A stretch of DNA of 64,000 nucleotides from Magallana gigas (Eukaryota), in assembly GCF_963853765.1 (NCBI RefSeq), contig NC_088854.1:7750001-7814000 (forward strand), written 5' to 3'. This document shows, piece after piece, positions 1-12,000 of this stretch. The notes under the pieces are model-generated. The model did no database searches. It was not told where the DNA came from and was given only the letters and a program-made list of their open reading frames with translations. Both the position numbers and the translations under genes were made by a program. Each line of letters starts with the position of its first letter. Positions within the stretch are counted from its first letter, which is position 1.

Positions 1-205
1 GCATGATCAATGAACAAAATACACAGTCTTAATTCTATTTATTCCTGATATACAATATAATATAATTTAATTACATAAAATATGTAAAAATGCATGTGCG
101 CAATTCTTGTTTCATATAATGACACTACCTGGTAAAGTAATTATTTCCAAAGCAACCAACGTGTGTTTCCACCACTTTGTTTTTCGAAACTGACACACAA
201 AAATA

Positions 206-418
206 TATCATATACAGGAAAATATTTGCCCCCCTTTTATTTTTGCCCCTTTCCCCCTCATTGACTGCGGGCGAATTCAAAACCTGGCGAATTCCTATGT
301 TTCAAACAATATTCTTTATATAAAACTTTGTTTGGGCAAATTCAAGACAGGGCGGAACCACTTGCAAGTAAAAAAAGAGCGAAAATAACACGGTGCGAAA
401 ATAACCCTGTATACAGTA
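206..418. mobile_element. ~210-bp MITE with TACTGTATACAGG-type TIRs (Tc1/mariner-like), copy 1
   Basis: Ends in CCCTGTATACAGTA with internal GGGCGAATT repeats. Homologous to 3792-3991 and 63849-64000. Confidence 0.7.
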
Positions 419-450
419 CCCTTAAATAGTTGAAGCAAAGTACAACTTAC

Positions 451-3400
451 TCTGAAGTTTGCTAAGGAGGAAGGACTTGCCACTCCCCCACTTGGCGTAC
501 AGCCCCACAGTGATGGGCGTGTTCAGAGAGGGCTCACTGAGAATGTCAGCCAGGGCACTGCTGTACACCTCATAACCCAGCAAGTTCTCCCCGTCATTGG
601 CATTCAAGTTCCCTGACAATGGATAAAATGCATTGAAAGTTTGTCACTAAAGTAAGATTGACAAATAAATTTCAGAGACTACTTTTAAAAAAAAATATAA
701 TATAAAAAATAATTAATACAGACCAGATTAATGTCTATTTACTGCAAAATTTCTCATCATGTTTACATATCAGAGAATAATCAGAAACAAGAGAACGGAT
801 TATCAACAAATATAAATTACCAATATCATTAGTTATCTTATATTGCACTACTTATTTTCTCTTAAAAAAAACTTATTAAATCATATCCTAGTTAGTCTGT
901 TACAAGATCTTGTCCACTCACTGTGACCAAATATCTGGGTGAGGATCCCTTTCTGGTGGTAGGCGTCGATGTTGTAGGGGGTCTCTCCGGCCTTGTTTGG
1001 TCGGTACAGCAGACGACTGTTTCTAGGGTTACGCAGAAGCAGCTCTGTGATTCGCTTACTTCTGGCCCTCAGTGAAATGTGGAGGGCAGTGTCACCTCTC
1101 TGAAATCAAAAGCATAACATCCCAATACATAATTGTATGTATCTAGTCCAAGTGTACGATAATTCAAAGGAGTACTATGGTCAATCATTAATATTTGTGG
1201 TGGATAAATTTTTAGAGATTTTATGGTTACCTGCACTTAACAATTAACATATTGTACGTTCTCAACAAATTATGTTTGATCTATACTTCATAAGAATAGA
1301 TATGTGAAATTACATCCCTTGAACCTGTAAAAATCTAGTAATCAAGGAAAAAATTGTCCCCCAAAAATTTAAATGATTCCGCACTATATCCTGTAAGGTA
1401 CTGATGTAATAGCACTGTGTACCGACACAAAATGGCCACTGACCTTGTCTACAGCCCCGACCCTGGCTCCTTTGTCCAGCAGCAACCTGACACACTGCTC
1501 ATTGCGACTTCTGACAGCTCTCAGCAGGGCGGTGTCTTCATCCTACAGGGTAGAAACAAGCAGATCTTAATCCGATATAAAATGACAGATGGAAATCACT
1601 AAAAATAGAACTTCAGTCAAATTACAAATCATATAAAGAGGACAATTCAATCAAGTTCCACTTCATGTTTATAAAGAGAATTTAAACTTTATATTTCAAT
1701 TTTTCTCTTTTGATTATCCTGAACAATTAAATGTATTGCATTCATATCGTAACATACTCAAAGACTAGTTGTTATCCTCATAAAATTGTAGTGTAACAAA
1801 CCTTGTTAGCTATCTCCAGGTCTGGATCATTACTCAGCAGCAGTTTACAGATTTCCACATAGCCTTTCTCTACAGCCCAGTACAAAGCTGTTTTACCTTC
1901 CTGCACAAATGAAATATTTAGTGTAAAAATAGCAAAATAGCACATCTACATATATAAAAGAAAGCAACAGATTTACTAATATCTAATAATGTTCGTTTTA
2001 TTTTTCTAAAAAAGAAAACCAACACTATATTAAAATTTATTTTCAATTATATTCAGCTTGATATAAAGGTAGTATTTTGCACTTACAGCACCAATTTCAT
2101 CCACATCAGCATACTTATCAATCAATGCTCGAACAACTTCAATATGGCCGCCTTTTACTGCATGTATCAGGATAGTGTCCCCTGCCTGTGATGAGAACAG
2201 TTAATGAACTAATCAAAACGACATGATTAAGATCATTCCAGTATAGCTGTAAAAATTACTCTTGTTTAATGGGAAAAAAATACAAATGAAAGTTTTTAAG
2301 GAATTAGTGAGGCAAGAGATATGCACCCTGTCTTTGATGTTGACATAGGCCCCTTTGGAGAGCAGGTCATGGGCTATTTCATTGTAGCCTTCCTTGGCTG
2401 CTATTGTCAATGAGGTGAAACCATCCTGTGAAAATGAAAATATTTACTATTATTCTGCATTGTCATTTACATTGAAAATTTACTTGGTTTGATACCAGAA
2501 CAATATATCAACAAGTTCCATTTTTCACTTGATTTGATTGTCCATAGATATGGTATTTCTGTGTACCTTGTCGACAGCATTGACATTGGGGTCGTAGTCT
2601 AACAGCTGATGCACCACCTCAGTGAACCCACCCCGTGCCGCCACCAACAGAGCTGTCCAAGAATTCTGCAAGGATGGAAAATTTTGGAAATGTTGGAAAA
2701 ATAGTTAAACATTGAGATTCATCATATTTTTGGCTTTTTGTGTTTTGTTATCAACTTTTCCTTCAGTTTTCCAATAAAAGGTACATGAATAGTAGGTTTT
2801 TGTACATTAAATTAATATCCTCTAAATGGGTCTAATGTTCATTTCCGTACAATCGAAGACCTCTGACTCGACAGTTCTTATCCAAAGGCATTAACTGAAT
2901 ACAAACGGGAAAGTTCTTTCAGTTTCATTTAAAAATTCAAATGGAAAAGAGGAACACTTTTTCAATCAATTTCAAAGAAAAGTATTCAAAATTTTCTGCA
3001 GACCACAGAGATGACTAGATGTACAGGTATTACCTAGATGTACAGGTATTACCTAGATGTACAGGTATTACCTAGATGTACAGGTATTACCTAGATGTAC
3101 AGGTATTACCTAGATGTACAGGTATTACCTAATTGTACAGGTATTACTAACCATTCCCACCACATCGGTGTTTGCCCCTTCAGTCAGCAGAGATTCAACA
3201 ATCTCCAGGTATCCCTTTCTGCAGGCCCAAATCAAAGGTGTTGTACCATACTGTAACACAAATCAAAACTTGGTCATATATTTACAACATTGGAAACAAT
3301 TACAATACCAAGCGACTACACAACTATAAACCTGTACAGTCACATGGATTAACAAAAGCAGTGCTCTCTGCTGTTTAGCCCTATCTGTTTACTTTATCTG

Positions 3401-6400
3401 GAGTGTTGACTTTGGCCCCCTTCTGTATCAGGATCTTCACTACATCAGTGTGTCCACGGCCAGCAGCCCAAGCCAAACATGTCATGTTCATCTGAAAACA
3501 GAGTATCACCAATGTACAGGTCCACAAAAAGAGGAAATTATTCTCATCAATATCATTAGTAAATGTATGTATTGTCAAGTAGATACCTCCGCTTTGATGT
3601 TGCAGTTAGCTCCCCTCTCCAGGAGTTCCTGGACCACCAGATATCTCCCTTTGTAGGATGCCCACATCAGGGCTGTCCAGCTACACTGTAATACACAAGA
3701 CATTTTATCCTCTTATGTTTCCTACAAGTTCCTACAACTATTTTTTATTAATGCAATGTAAATTAATGTAAGTTAGCAACTGTCAACTGTTTACTGTATA
3801 CAGGTAAATATTTGCCCGTTTTATTTTGCCCCTTTCGCCCTCATTGTTTTAAACGGGCGAATTTAAGACTGGGCGAATTCCGATGCCTTCAATTAATTTT
3901 CTTTAAACACAGCTGTGTCTGGGCGAATTCAAGATGGGGCGAAACTGTTTGCCCGAAAATTACACGGGGAGAAAATAACTTTGTATACAGTTTTTATTTG
4001 CTATTTATTCAATCAAACAATGTTCAATGTAGCACATGCAAAAGTATATGCAATACCATTAAATTGATAAAGTTAGTGGGTCATAATTGAAAACTTTCTA
4101 TTACAGAGGTAAAGAGCGGTATAAAATTGGTTGAACCCCAACCCCCCAACCCCAAGGTTATGATAAGCTTGTCTCTAAATCCAGCATGAGGAATAAAACA
4201 TTCATGGAATAAAAATATCTGTATGTTTGGTTTTTTATTAAACATTGTTACATCATATACTGTAAGACTACCATGAAAATAGAGAAAATCATTATTATGA
4301 GGCAGGGTAAAATTCCACAGAGGAGACAAGATTCACAGTCAGGGACAAGGCTTTGTAATCAGTTACGCAATGCAATTACATCATGGATTAGCACATTTCA
4401 TCATTTTCTTACAGCAGATGATGTTTCTTTACATTTTAAAGCAGCATTGTAATATACAAAGACATACAAATCTTGCACTGCTGTCTAACTGGATAAACTG
4501 ATCCCACACATTCAAGTGATATAATTGAGTTTATCACTACATGTATTTCATACCAGATCTTTGTGCTCAATGTCTGCCCCTCTCTCCAACAGCTCAATGA
4601 CAATCTCAAGGTGCCCCTCCTTAGCACTGTAGAGCAAGGCACTCCAGTTATCCTGAAGAAAAAATACAGCAACTACATAACTACTCAATGAAAGAATCTT
4701 TCTATTTAATATATAGTATCTAGATTATCTATCTATCATACTCTCTCTATTTCTTTCTCTCTCTCTCCAAGCATTAAGAAATTTTACATGACAATACAAA
4801 TGTTTCCTGTCTGATACATACCATGTCCACTGCGTTAGGGTCCACATGGGCCTCCAAGAGTTCCCGGACAATGTTGAGTTCTCCAAATTCACAGGCCAAC
4901 ATCAGGAACGTCTGGCCATTCTGTGTAAATTGATGTTAAAATGACATCATTATCAATCTGGCCTTTTGATAAAAAAGAAGTGATTTCAACAAAATCAAAG
5001 TGTAATTTGATCGTTCAGAATCAATGAGTCATATATCTTCTCATAATTACTGTGATAAATCAGGAGTGTGTGCTAATGATATACATTAGACAGGTTCAAT
5101 GCTGAAATTTTGTTTGTGATCATTACATAATTAAGTCAGTCTTGTTTGTACATGTCATAGACCAATATGTCGAGGAATCTACTGTCCAGTTTTGTTTGTC
5201 AGACAGATATTATGACAGAGAATTCTGACATAATATTCTGTCACTGCATGCTTTTCTATCAGGATATCATACATTCTGACATGCTGTTCTACTGTCATTG
5301 TGTCAAATATTCCAAAATGCTTTTATAGAGTTGATTTTAATCAACTCTCCTATGAAGGCACTGGAAAACCGAAAGTGAAGCAGTGTTTGGACCTAAGCAC
5401 AAATCATTACCACTGAGAAGACTTTGTACTTTGATAAATTTGATGTGATGTATACAGAAGAATTTTTTTCTTAGGAAACTTATTTATAGATGTCTTGAAA
5501 ATAGTCAGATTTCAAATAGCACAAACAAATTAGAAATTTTTTGTAGTCGTATGTATTTCTACAACAGAGTTCGTTACAATATAGTAGAGGAGCAATTCTA
5601 TCTTTTTTATTCGGTGGCATAGTGATCAACATCAATTTCCCCACAGTAATGTCGTTTAAAATTGAATCTCATTGGTTAATGCATTAAGTGTTGACCAATA
5701 AGACTTCGGCTAATGTGGGTTTTTTTTTAAATTTGAAACATTTTTGGTGTCTTGTTAGTAGGTTTTAAAAGGAACGATATGTTCTGGAATTTTTTACCAA
5801 GAAAATGCATGTGTATTTCTAAATTTATTTCGTCCTTTGGGATGCACATTTAATGGAATCACGTGTCCTAAGCAAAATTTGTGCATATTTTACATAGGAA
5901 GCATGCCAAATGAATCAATGAATTGATTCTATCTTTAAACGTTACACAACATGATTCATATAAGGTTATCTCAGAATTCTTTACGGAAAAGCCCAAACAT
6001 TCACATCAGAAAAAAATGTGTGTAACATAATTCAAATATAGTAAGAAACTACTTGCCTTGAGAAATTACATATTGTTGATTTTGAAATAAAAATAAATCA
6101 ATAAAATCAACACCTGTCAGTACTTCAAATCTCTGATTTATCAGGATATCAGATATTAAGACATGCCATGCATGTTGTCCTGGCACAAATTAAGATATTG
6201 ATGCAAACCATTTTGTCGGGGTGTCAGAAACTCCAACATGTCACATATTCTCAGCTAGAGTATCTGTTATTATGTTAGATTGTCAATGTATAAGATATTC
6301 TGATATGTCATTCTGTCAAATATTATGAAATCCCTTTCAGTCATCACTGTGTCAAATATAAAATCTGATTAAATCCTAATTGTGGTAAGTATATAGACTT

Positions 6401-6513
6401 ACACTGTCCCGCTCTTCCAGATTGATGTTCCCACTCTCCAAGAGACCTATCGTTCCAGTCAGGTCTCCTTTTCTGATGGCCTCCCATAACATCTGTGTCT
6501 TAAAGGTCCCCAT
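451..6513 (-). CDS. KIDINS220: Kinase D-interacting substrate of 220 kDa / ARMS, 5' part (ankyrin repeats and start of KAP P-loop NTPase); gene continues beyond the left edge
   Basis: Thirteen coding exons with GT/AG and continuous frame: 6403-6513 ([17 protein letters not shown]...), ten 99-bp ankyrin exons (4822-4920, 4554-4652, 3587-3685, 3393-3491, 3152-3250, 2567-2665, 2327-2425, 2087-2185, 1802-1900, 1444-1542), then 922-1099 ([45 protein letters not shown]) and 451-612 ([18 protein letters not shown], Walker A). Ankyrin array followed by a KAP NTPase is the KIDINS220 architecture. Confidence 0.95.
3015..3147. repeat. 19-bp minisatellite x7 (CTAGATGTACAGGTATTAC) adjacent to a KIDINS220 splice donor
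   Basis: Six identical units plus one variant, read directly. Confidence 0.95.
3792..3991. mobile_element. Same MITE family, copy 2 (KIDINS220 intron)
   Basis: TACTGTATACAGG...TTGTATACAGT termini and internal GGGCGAATTTAAGACTGGGCGAATT. Confidence 0.75.
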
Positions 6514-6540
6514 GGTGAATCTTTATACACTCACTAAAAC

Positions 6541-7013
6541 CAGAGACATAAATAACAGTGATTGGCAACTCTGCCATTAGCATGTTTTGTTGTTGAAAAA
6601 TGGTACGGGACCAACCTTACTTTGAGAACTACATTTTAGTAAACTGAGATAATGATCTTAAACCAAAAGTATATTGTTTTAATGAAAACTGTGCATAGGT
6701 TTTAGACATTTTTGAAACAAAAATTTGAAAAATAAGATTAATATATAGAAAATACATTGGCCAGCTATAAAACATAGGCGAATTCTCGGATGACAGGTAG
6801 CCAACTGCCTCCTAAAACTCCTCTTTTAATATTGTTTATATGACATAAACTCATGAAAATATAATATTTTAAATGTTTTGGTAATAGGTTTTAGCTGTTT
6901 ATATTTCGATATAATTGTTTATTAGAAAGATTGACTGATTTAAACTGGGAACACTTTACAATAGGGACCACAACATTTCGATCAGTTGTCAATCTCTGTT
7001 ATCTATGTCTCTG
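6541..7013. mobile_element. ~470-bp MITE with ~30-bp TIRs (CAGAGACATAAATAACAGTGATTGGCAACT)
   Basis: The right end is the reverse complement (AGTTGTCAATCTCTGTTATCTATGTCTCTG), flanked by CTAAAAC and CTAAAAT. A second, interrupted copy lies at ~14996-16334. Confidence 0.8.
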
Positions 7014-7182
7014 CTAAAATGCTCTCTTCATCTATCAGATAAAAGTGATGGGTGATTAAAAAATCAAATTTAAAAAAAACCTGAAGAATTTGAAATCTGT
7101 AAAGAAGCACATACATCGATTTACCAATGACAACCATATTTTTTAATTGTATGTTGTAATCAAATCTTACCCCACTTCTATT

Positions 7183-8297
7183 AGAGTACTACTAAACAGA
7201 GAACTCTAGAGAACTTTAGAGAACTCTATAGAACTCTGGGGATTTTTTCATATTTAAAGTATTTAGAACCTATTTTTGCATTTTATATGATAAAAAAAGT
7301 TGTATTTTAGTCGAAATATATATTAAAAATATTTGGATTTAAGTAAATATTAATTATTTCACGCAAAACATCAAGTTGGGGGAGACTAAATCATTCAAAG
7401 GAACTCGATCCCGAGCAGTTTACAAGTCCATTAAAATTACTCTTTTTAAAATTCTTTCAACATTTAATATAATTCTTATTATGGATTTTATTTAAGGTTA
7501 ATTATATTTTATAATTTGTAGCGTTAGTGTCTTTATTCTCCGTTTGTGATTTGTTATGATTTTAATTAAGATACTGACTTTTTGCTTGTCGTCAACTTCA
7601 AATCTTGATACTTTTACTGCTGAGTGTAATAAAACAACTCTTCTCGATGAATATGCATTTATAAATGGACAATCGAAAGAATATCCGAGATCCACTATGA
7701 CACTAGAAATTGTAAATATTAATTAAGTGATATAAAGGCTTTAAAAATAGTGCATAGATTGCCTTTTCCTTACAGAAGAAATTAAAGGGGCATGTTCACG
7801 ATTGTGGTCAAATTCTATATTTCTGTTTTAATTATTTACAATATGCTTTAGGAATACATTTTTAATGATCAAATGTAATTTAAGAGTCATTCGTTAACGG
7901 TAAAAAGCAAGATACATTTTTTCTTTACAATGATAATAACGTATGTGAGTTGTTATATTTATAACAACAGAATATTATCATTGAAATGTGATAGCTTAAT
8001 ATATATTATGTTGTGTTTTTACGTGCATTATTATACCAATGGCTTGAGGTAACCTGTATATAGAAACAATGTCTAAATGACATTAGATCGGGATCGGAGT
8101 TTGACGATCACGCCGAATAGATTTCCTTCGGGAATTTGTCTTTAATTAGTTTAAAATCAACTTTAATGAGTTAATGTATGTAGAATAACATGTTACTGAA
8201 CAGATACATGCATAATAAAGCATTTATTAGCCCTTTTAAATGAAAAAATCACAGAGTTCTCTAGGGTTCTTTAGAGTTCTCTGTTTAGTAGGACCCC
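7183..8297. mobile_element. ~1.1-kb non-autonomous DNA transposon with TIRs carrying 10-bp GAACTCTAGA sub-repeats; contains a truncated TTAA-MITE at ~7786-7945
   Basis: Left end GTACTACTAAACAGAGAACTCTAGAGAACT mirrors right end AGAGTTCTCTGTTTAGTAGGAC. The internal TTAA-AGGGGCATGTTCACGAT matches the 15120 family. Confidence 0.65.
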
Positions 8298-8844
8298 TTG
8301 TATTATAAATGTTTTGCTTTTATTTTTATAATATGTATACATGGGTTAAAAAAAAAAGAAACATTACTTTTATTAGTGAAGAGTTTTATTGTTAAAGTTA
8401 GCTCCTATTACAAGAAGCTCTCTCTCTCTTTTATTTTCAGCAAATTTCTTCAACCAGATAATTATTAACATAGAGAGTGAGAATCAAAGCAGAACGAAAT
8501 TCTTGGGAATTTTTCATCCAAAAGTGAATGCCTACTGCAGTATAGCTTGGACACCATTCTAAAGAAACCTATTAGGCCTATTAGCATTCCTTGTTTACAA
8601 AGCTGTCTTGAAAATTCATAAGTAAGGGAACCTTAACAGATGCAGTCCAATTAATCTATAATTGTGTCGATAATTGCTGGTTAAACAAATAACAGTTATA
8701 TCTAGCCAAGCGCAGGAAATATGTCGTTCAGTATCAGCTGACAAAATATTGCCCAAGTATAACGTTATATGATAAAGTTTTACTCTCTGTCGTTGACAAA
8801 AATTATAATTATTTTTTTAAACTGACATGAAAAGTTAAACATAC

Positions 8845-9019
8845 CTGAATTTGTCGACCAGAAGGCCTAATAGGCCTAAAGTGTCAATAAACTATGTCTG
8901 ATCTTCTCCCTTCTTCGCTTTATTTGTTTTCTGTTACGCATGCGTAACACTTACTTTCACTTTCGATTTAAACTTTCACTTTCTCTGAACCTCGTGAAGA
9001 ATACTTTGATATTATCATT
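8845..9019. promoter_or_regulatory. Probable bidirectional promoter region between a putative KIDINS220 non-coding first exon and the POLR1D-isoform-2-like gene
   Basis: Minus-strand donor GTATGT (ACATAC at 8839-8844), plus-strand ATG at 9020, an 18-bp perfect palindrome TGTTACGCATGCGTAACA (8932-8949), and two ACTTTCACTTTC copies (8953-8964, 8972-8983). The KIDINS220 5' UTR exon is inferred. Confidence 0.55.
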
Positions 9020-12000
9020 ATGGCAGCTCCTTCACTTACAGATGAAGATTTAGAACAGTAAGATATAGATTTTCATAATAGCATTATAAACTCGCTCCTT
9101 AGCATTTCTAGCCTATTTATTTTAATCAGGATCTCCCCTGAAGTGGCTATCATCAGCTGTATGATCACTGATCATATATATCATGAACACAGAACAGCTG
9201 ATGAAGGTTGCACTGACTAACATGGCTTATAGTTATGTACTGTTTTATTACGAACAATTTTGCCCGTGTTTTGCAAAGTTTCATTTTTAACCCACCCAAC
9301 TCATATACAGAGTTATACTGTGCATATGGCACGCCAAATTCACAAAAATGAGCTAATCATTTCACAGTCGATAAACTATAGGTTTAACGGTTGTAATTAT
9401 AGTTTATGGATAGAAAACTACAGTTAATGACGATAATCTATATTTCACATCTGTAGACCATAGTTAACGCGATCATCTATGTCTCAGAGGTGTTAATTAA
9501 ACTATAATTTTAAACACCATGAACACTGAAAACAACCATTTGCGATTGCAAAACATAGTTTATCTGATAAATAAAATTTCACAGTTGTGAAACTATGATT
9601 AACTACTCTAAACTATGGTTATTGAATTCAAATTATAATTTACAGATGTAAATCTATATTTATCAGCAAAATCTATCGTTAATGTTATTTGTATACAGAT
9701 AAACTGAGATTATCCATGTTATCATTCATAACTATAGTTTACAACTGTTAAATTATATAGTTTTACAGATAAAAACTATGGTTAATGGATTGTTAATTAT
9801 AGTTTACAAATCATTGATTATAGTTTACGAACTGATAACTATAGTTAACAATAAACTGTTGTTAAATATAGTGTAGCCTACGTAAACTACATGTATAATT
9901 TATAACTGTCGATAAACATAGTTTATCATCTGTGAAACTTTAATTGACACCGTTATTCTATATTTCACATCTGTAAACCATAGTTTATGCGTTCATCTAT
10001 GTTTCAGAAGTGTAAAACTATATAATTGATTTGAAGTTTTGATGATTATCTTGCTGAGATTAAATTACCGGTATACACAGCACTGTTAAGGCTGACTTTG
10101 AAAATATTAGCGGATTTAAACGTTCATAAAATGATGCATCTATTACAAAATATTTATGTAAAGTTATATTATCATGATATAAATGTGATATTAAATGAAA
10201 CAGTATAGTAAATGCTACTTTGTATGACACTTAGTGTGGTCCCCTGAATTGGCAGTCACGTTATGTGTTAATAATTCTACCGAATGGAGGTCATAAACAA
10301 ATTTCAATATTACAAGAACATACCCTTATTTGAATTAAAAATTTAAATGATGATTAAATTCTGCTCTTCTGGTAGATTCTGAAAAGTGCTTCTGCTTTGC
10401 ATAGAGTTCATCCTTTATTAGAATATACATCGAGGAAATGAGCTCCGGTCAGAATTTATATGACCTTTGCTTAATATTTTACGTATTTATTAATTCATTC
10501 TAGTATAGATTTCATCAAAGCAGCAGCACTTTTTAATAAATTAAACATTTTCTTAATTTATATCCAAAAAATCGTAATGATCTGTTAAGTGTATGCCCTT
10601 GTAAAAAGCGGATTTAGATAGGCTTCCCAATGTCAAACACATCGAACTTGTACATTAAACACACATCAAGAATAGAAATAATACAGTGGCTCTAAAAAAT
10701 AATCACATGTCGAATCAAAACAAACATAATAAATAGAATTTAATGGTATAATAATTGTTTTAAGATCACATGCTCTGTTCATTTATAAAATGCATTTTTC
10801 CATGTAAAAAAATCAATTGATCCGCCTCTCTCTTATACACAAAATACATGTATGCGTCGAAATTTACAGTATGACGTCACATCGACAAGTGCACCTCGAA
10901 ATAACTGTCAGTTATTTATATTTATCGTTGTTGGACAGATTTGACTGCAATATTGCACATATAGGTAATTTTTAATGTAGTTGAATGTTTTTGTAACCAT
11001 AACAATTGGAAATCTCTTTATTTATTAGCATTTTTGACGACTTGTTGTTTTGTATGATGTCATAGTTAACATTTCCCGTACTTTTTGGCAGGGCGACCAC
11101 AAAGTAAATCTTAACAGTGCTGTGTATGCAATTTGAATTGGAGTTATTGAAATTATAATGTAAAAACAGGGTAAACTGTTAAATTACAGAAACAAGACTT
11201 GTGCATATATATGCTGCTTGCTTATTCACCCCATCAACAATGTATTGGAGGTTACCGGTACATAAACCCTATTAACAAATATACTTACACTAACACCAAC
11301 TTGCCGCCATTGCATATATCATTAAATGTTAAATCAGTTTTCTTTGTCTTTAAATTCTATTTGTCTATTTTATAATTTTAGAAAAGAATATGAATGAAAA
11401 ATTATCCATTATTTATTAATCATTACCTTAGAATGGCCATGGATGAAATTTTAAAAGAAACCAAAAGGAATTCAGAAAGAGCAAAAGAGTTTGGTTCTCT
11501 TGGGTGGTAAGTGACATTTATGTTAACCTCTAAGTGGTGAAAAAGTCAACATATCAGTGTCATTTACCTCAATTTAAATTTTTAAGCTAAATAAAATTAA
11601 TCAAAGTCATATTTTATCCCCATAAGTTGTACATATTGTGAACTAATGATGAGATTGACAAATTAAGGTTTTAACTTTCTGCTGGTAAATAAGATGTTGT
11701 CACAGCATTTTTATACTTCTGACCCAACCCTAGCTTCATAGCAAAAAATCATTGCTCCTTCAAGATCCATGCATTTTAATTTGTGCAACATTTACTTATT
11801 GCATCACATTCTTATATTTTTATCAAAAGGTCAACAATTTCCTGCATCAAGTCAACTTACCATCTTTGTATGTAATTTAAAATGCTTGCACCTATAATGG
11901 CTATTGCACAACTGGAAATCAATCTCTTTTGATTGCTATACATAATAGGTAACTATGCATGTGATCGATTAGCAGGCTTGAGGGATTGTAGACTTAAAGC

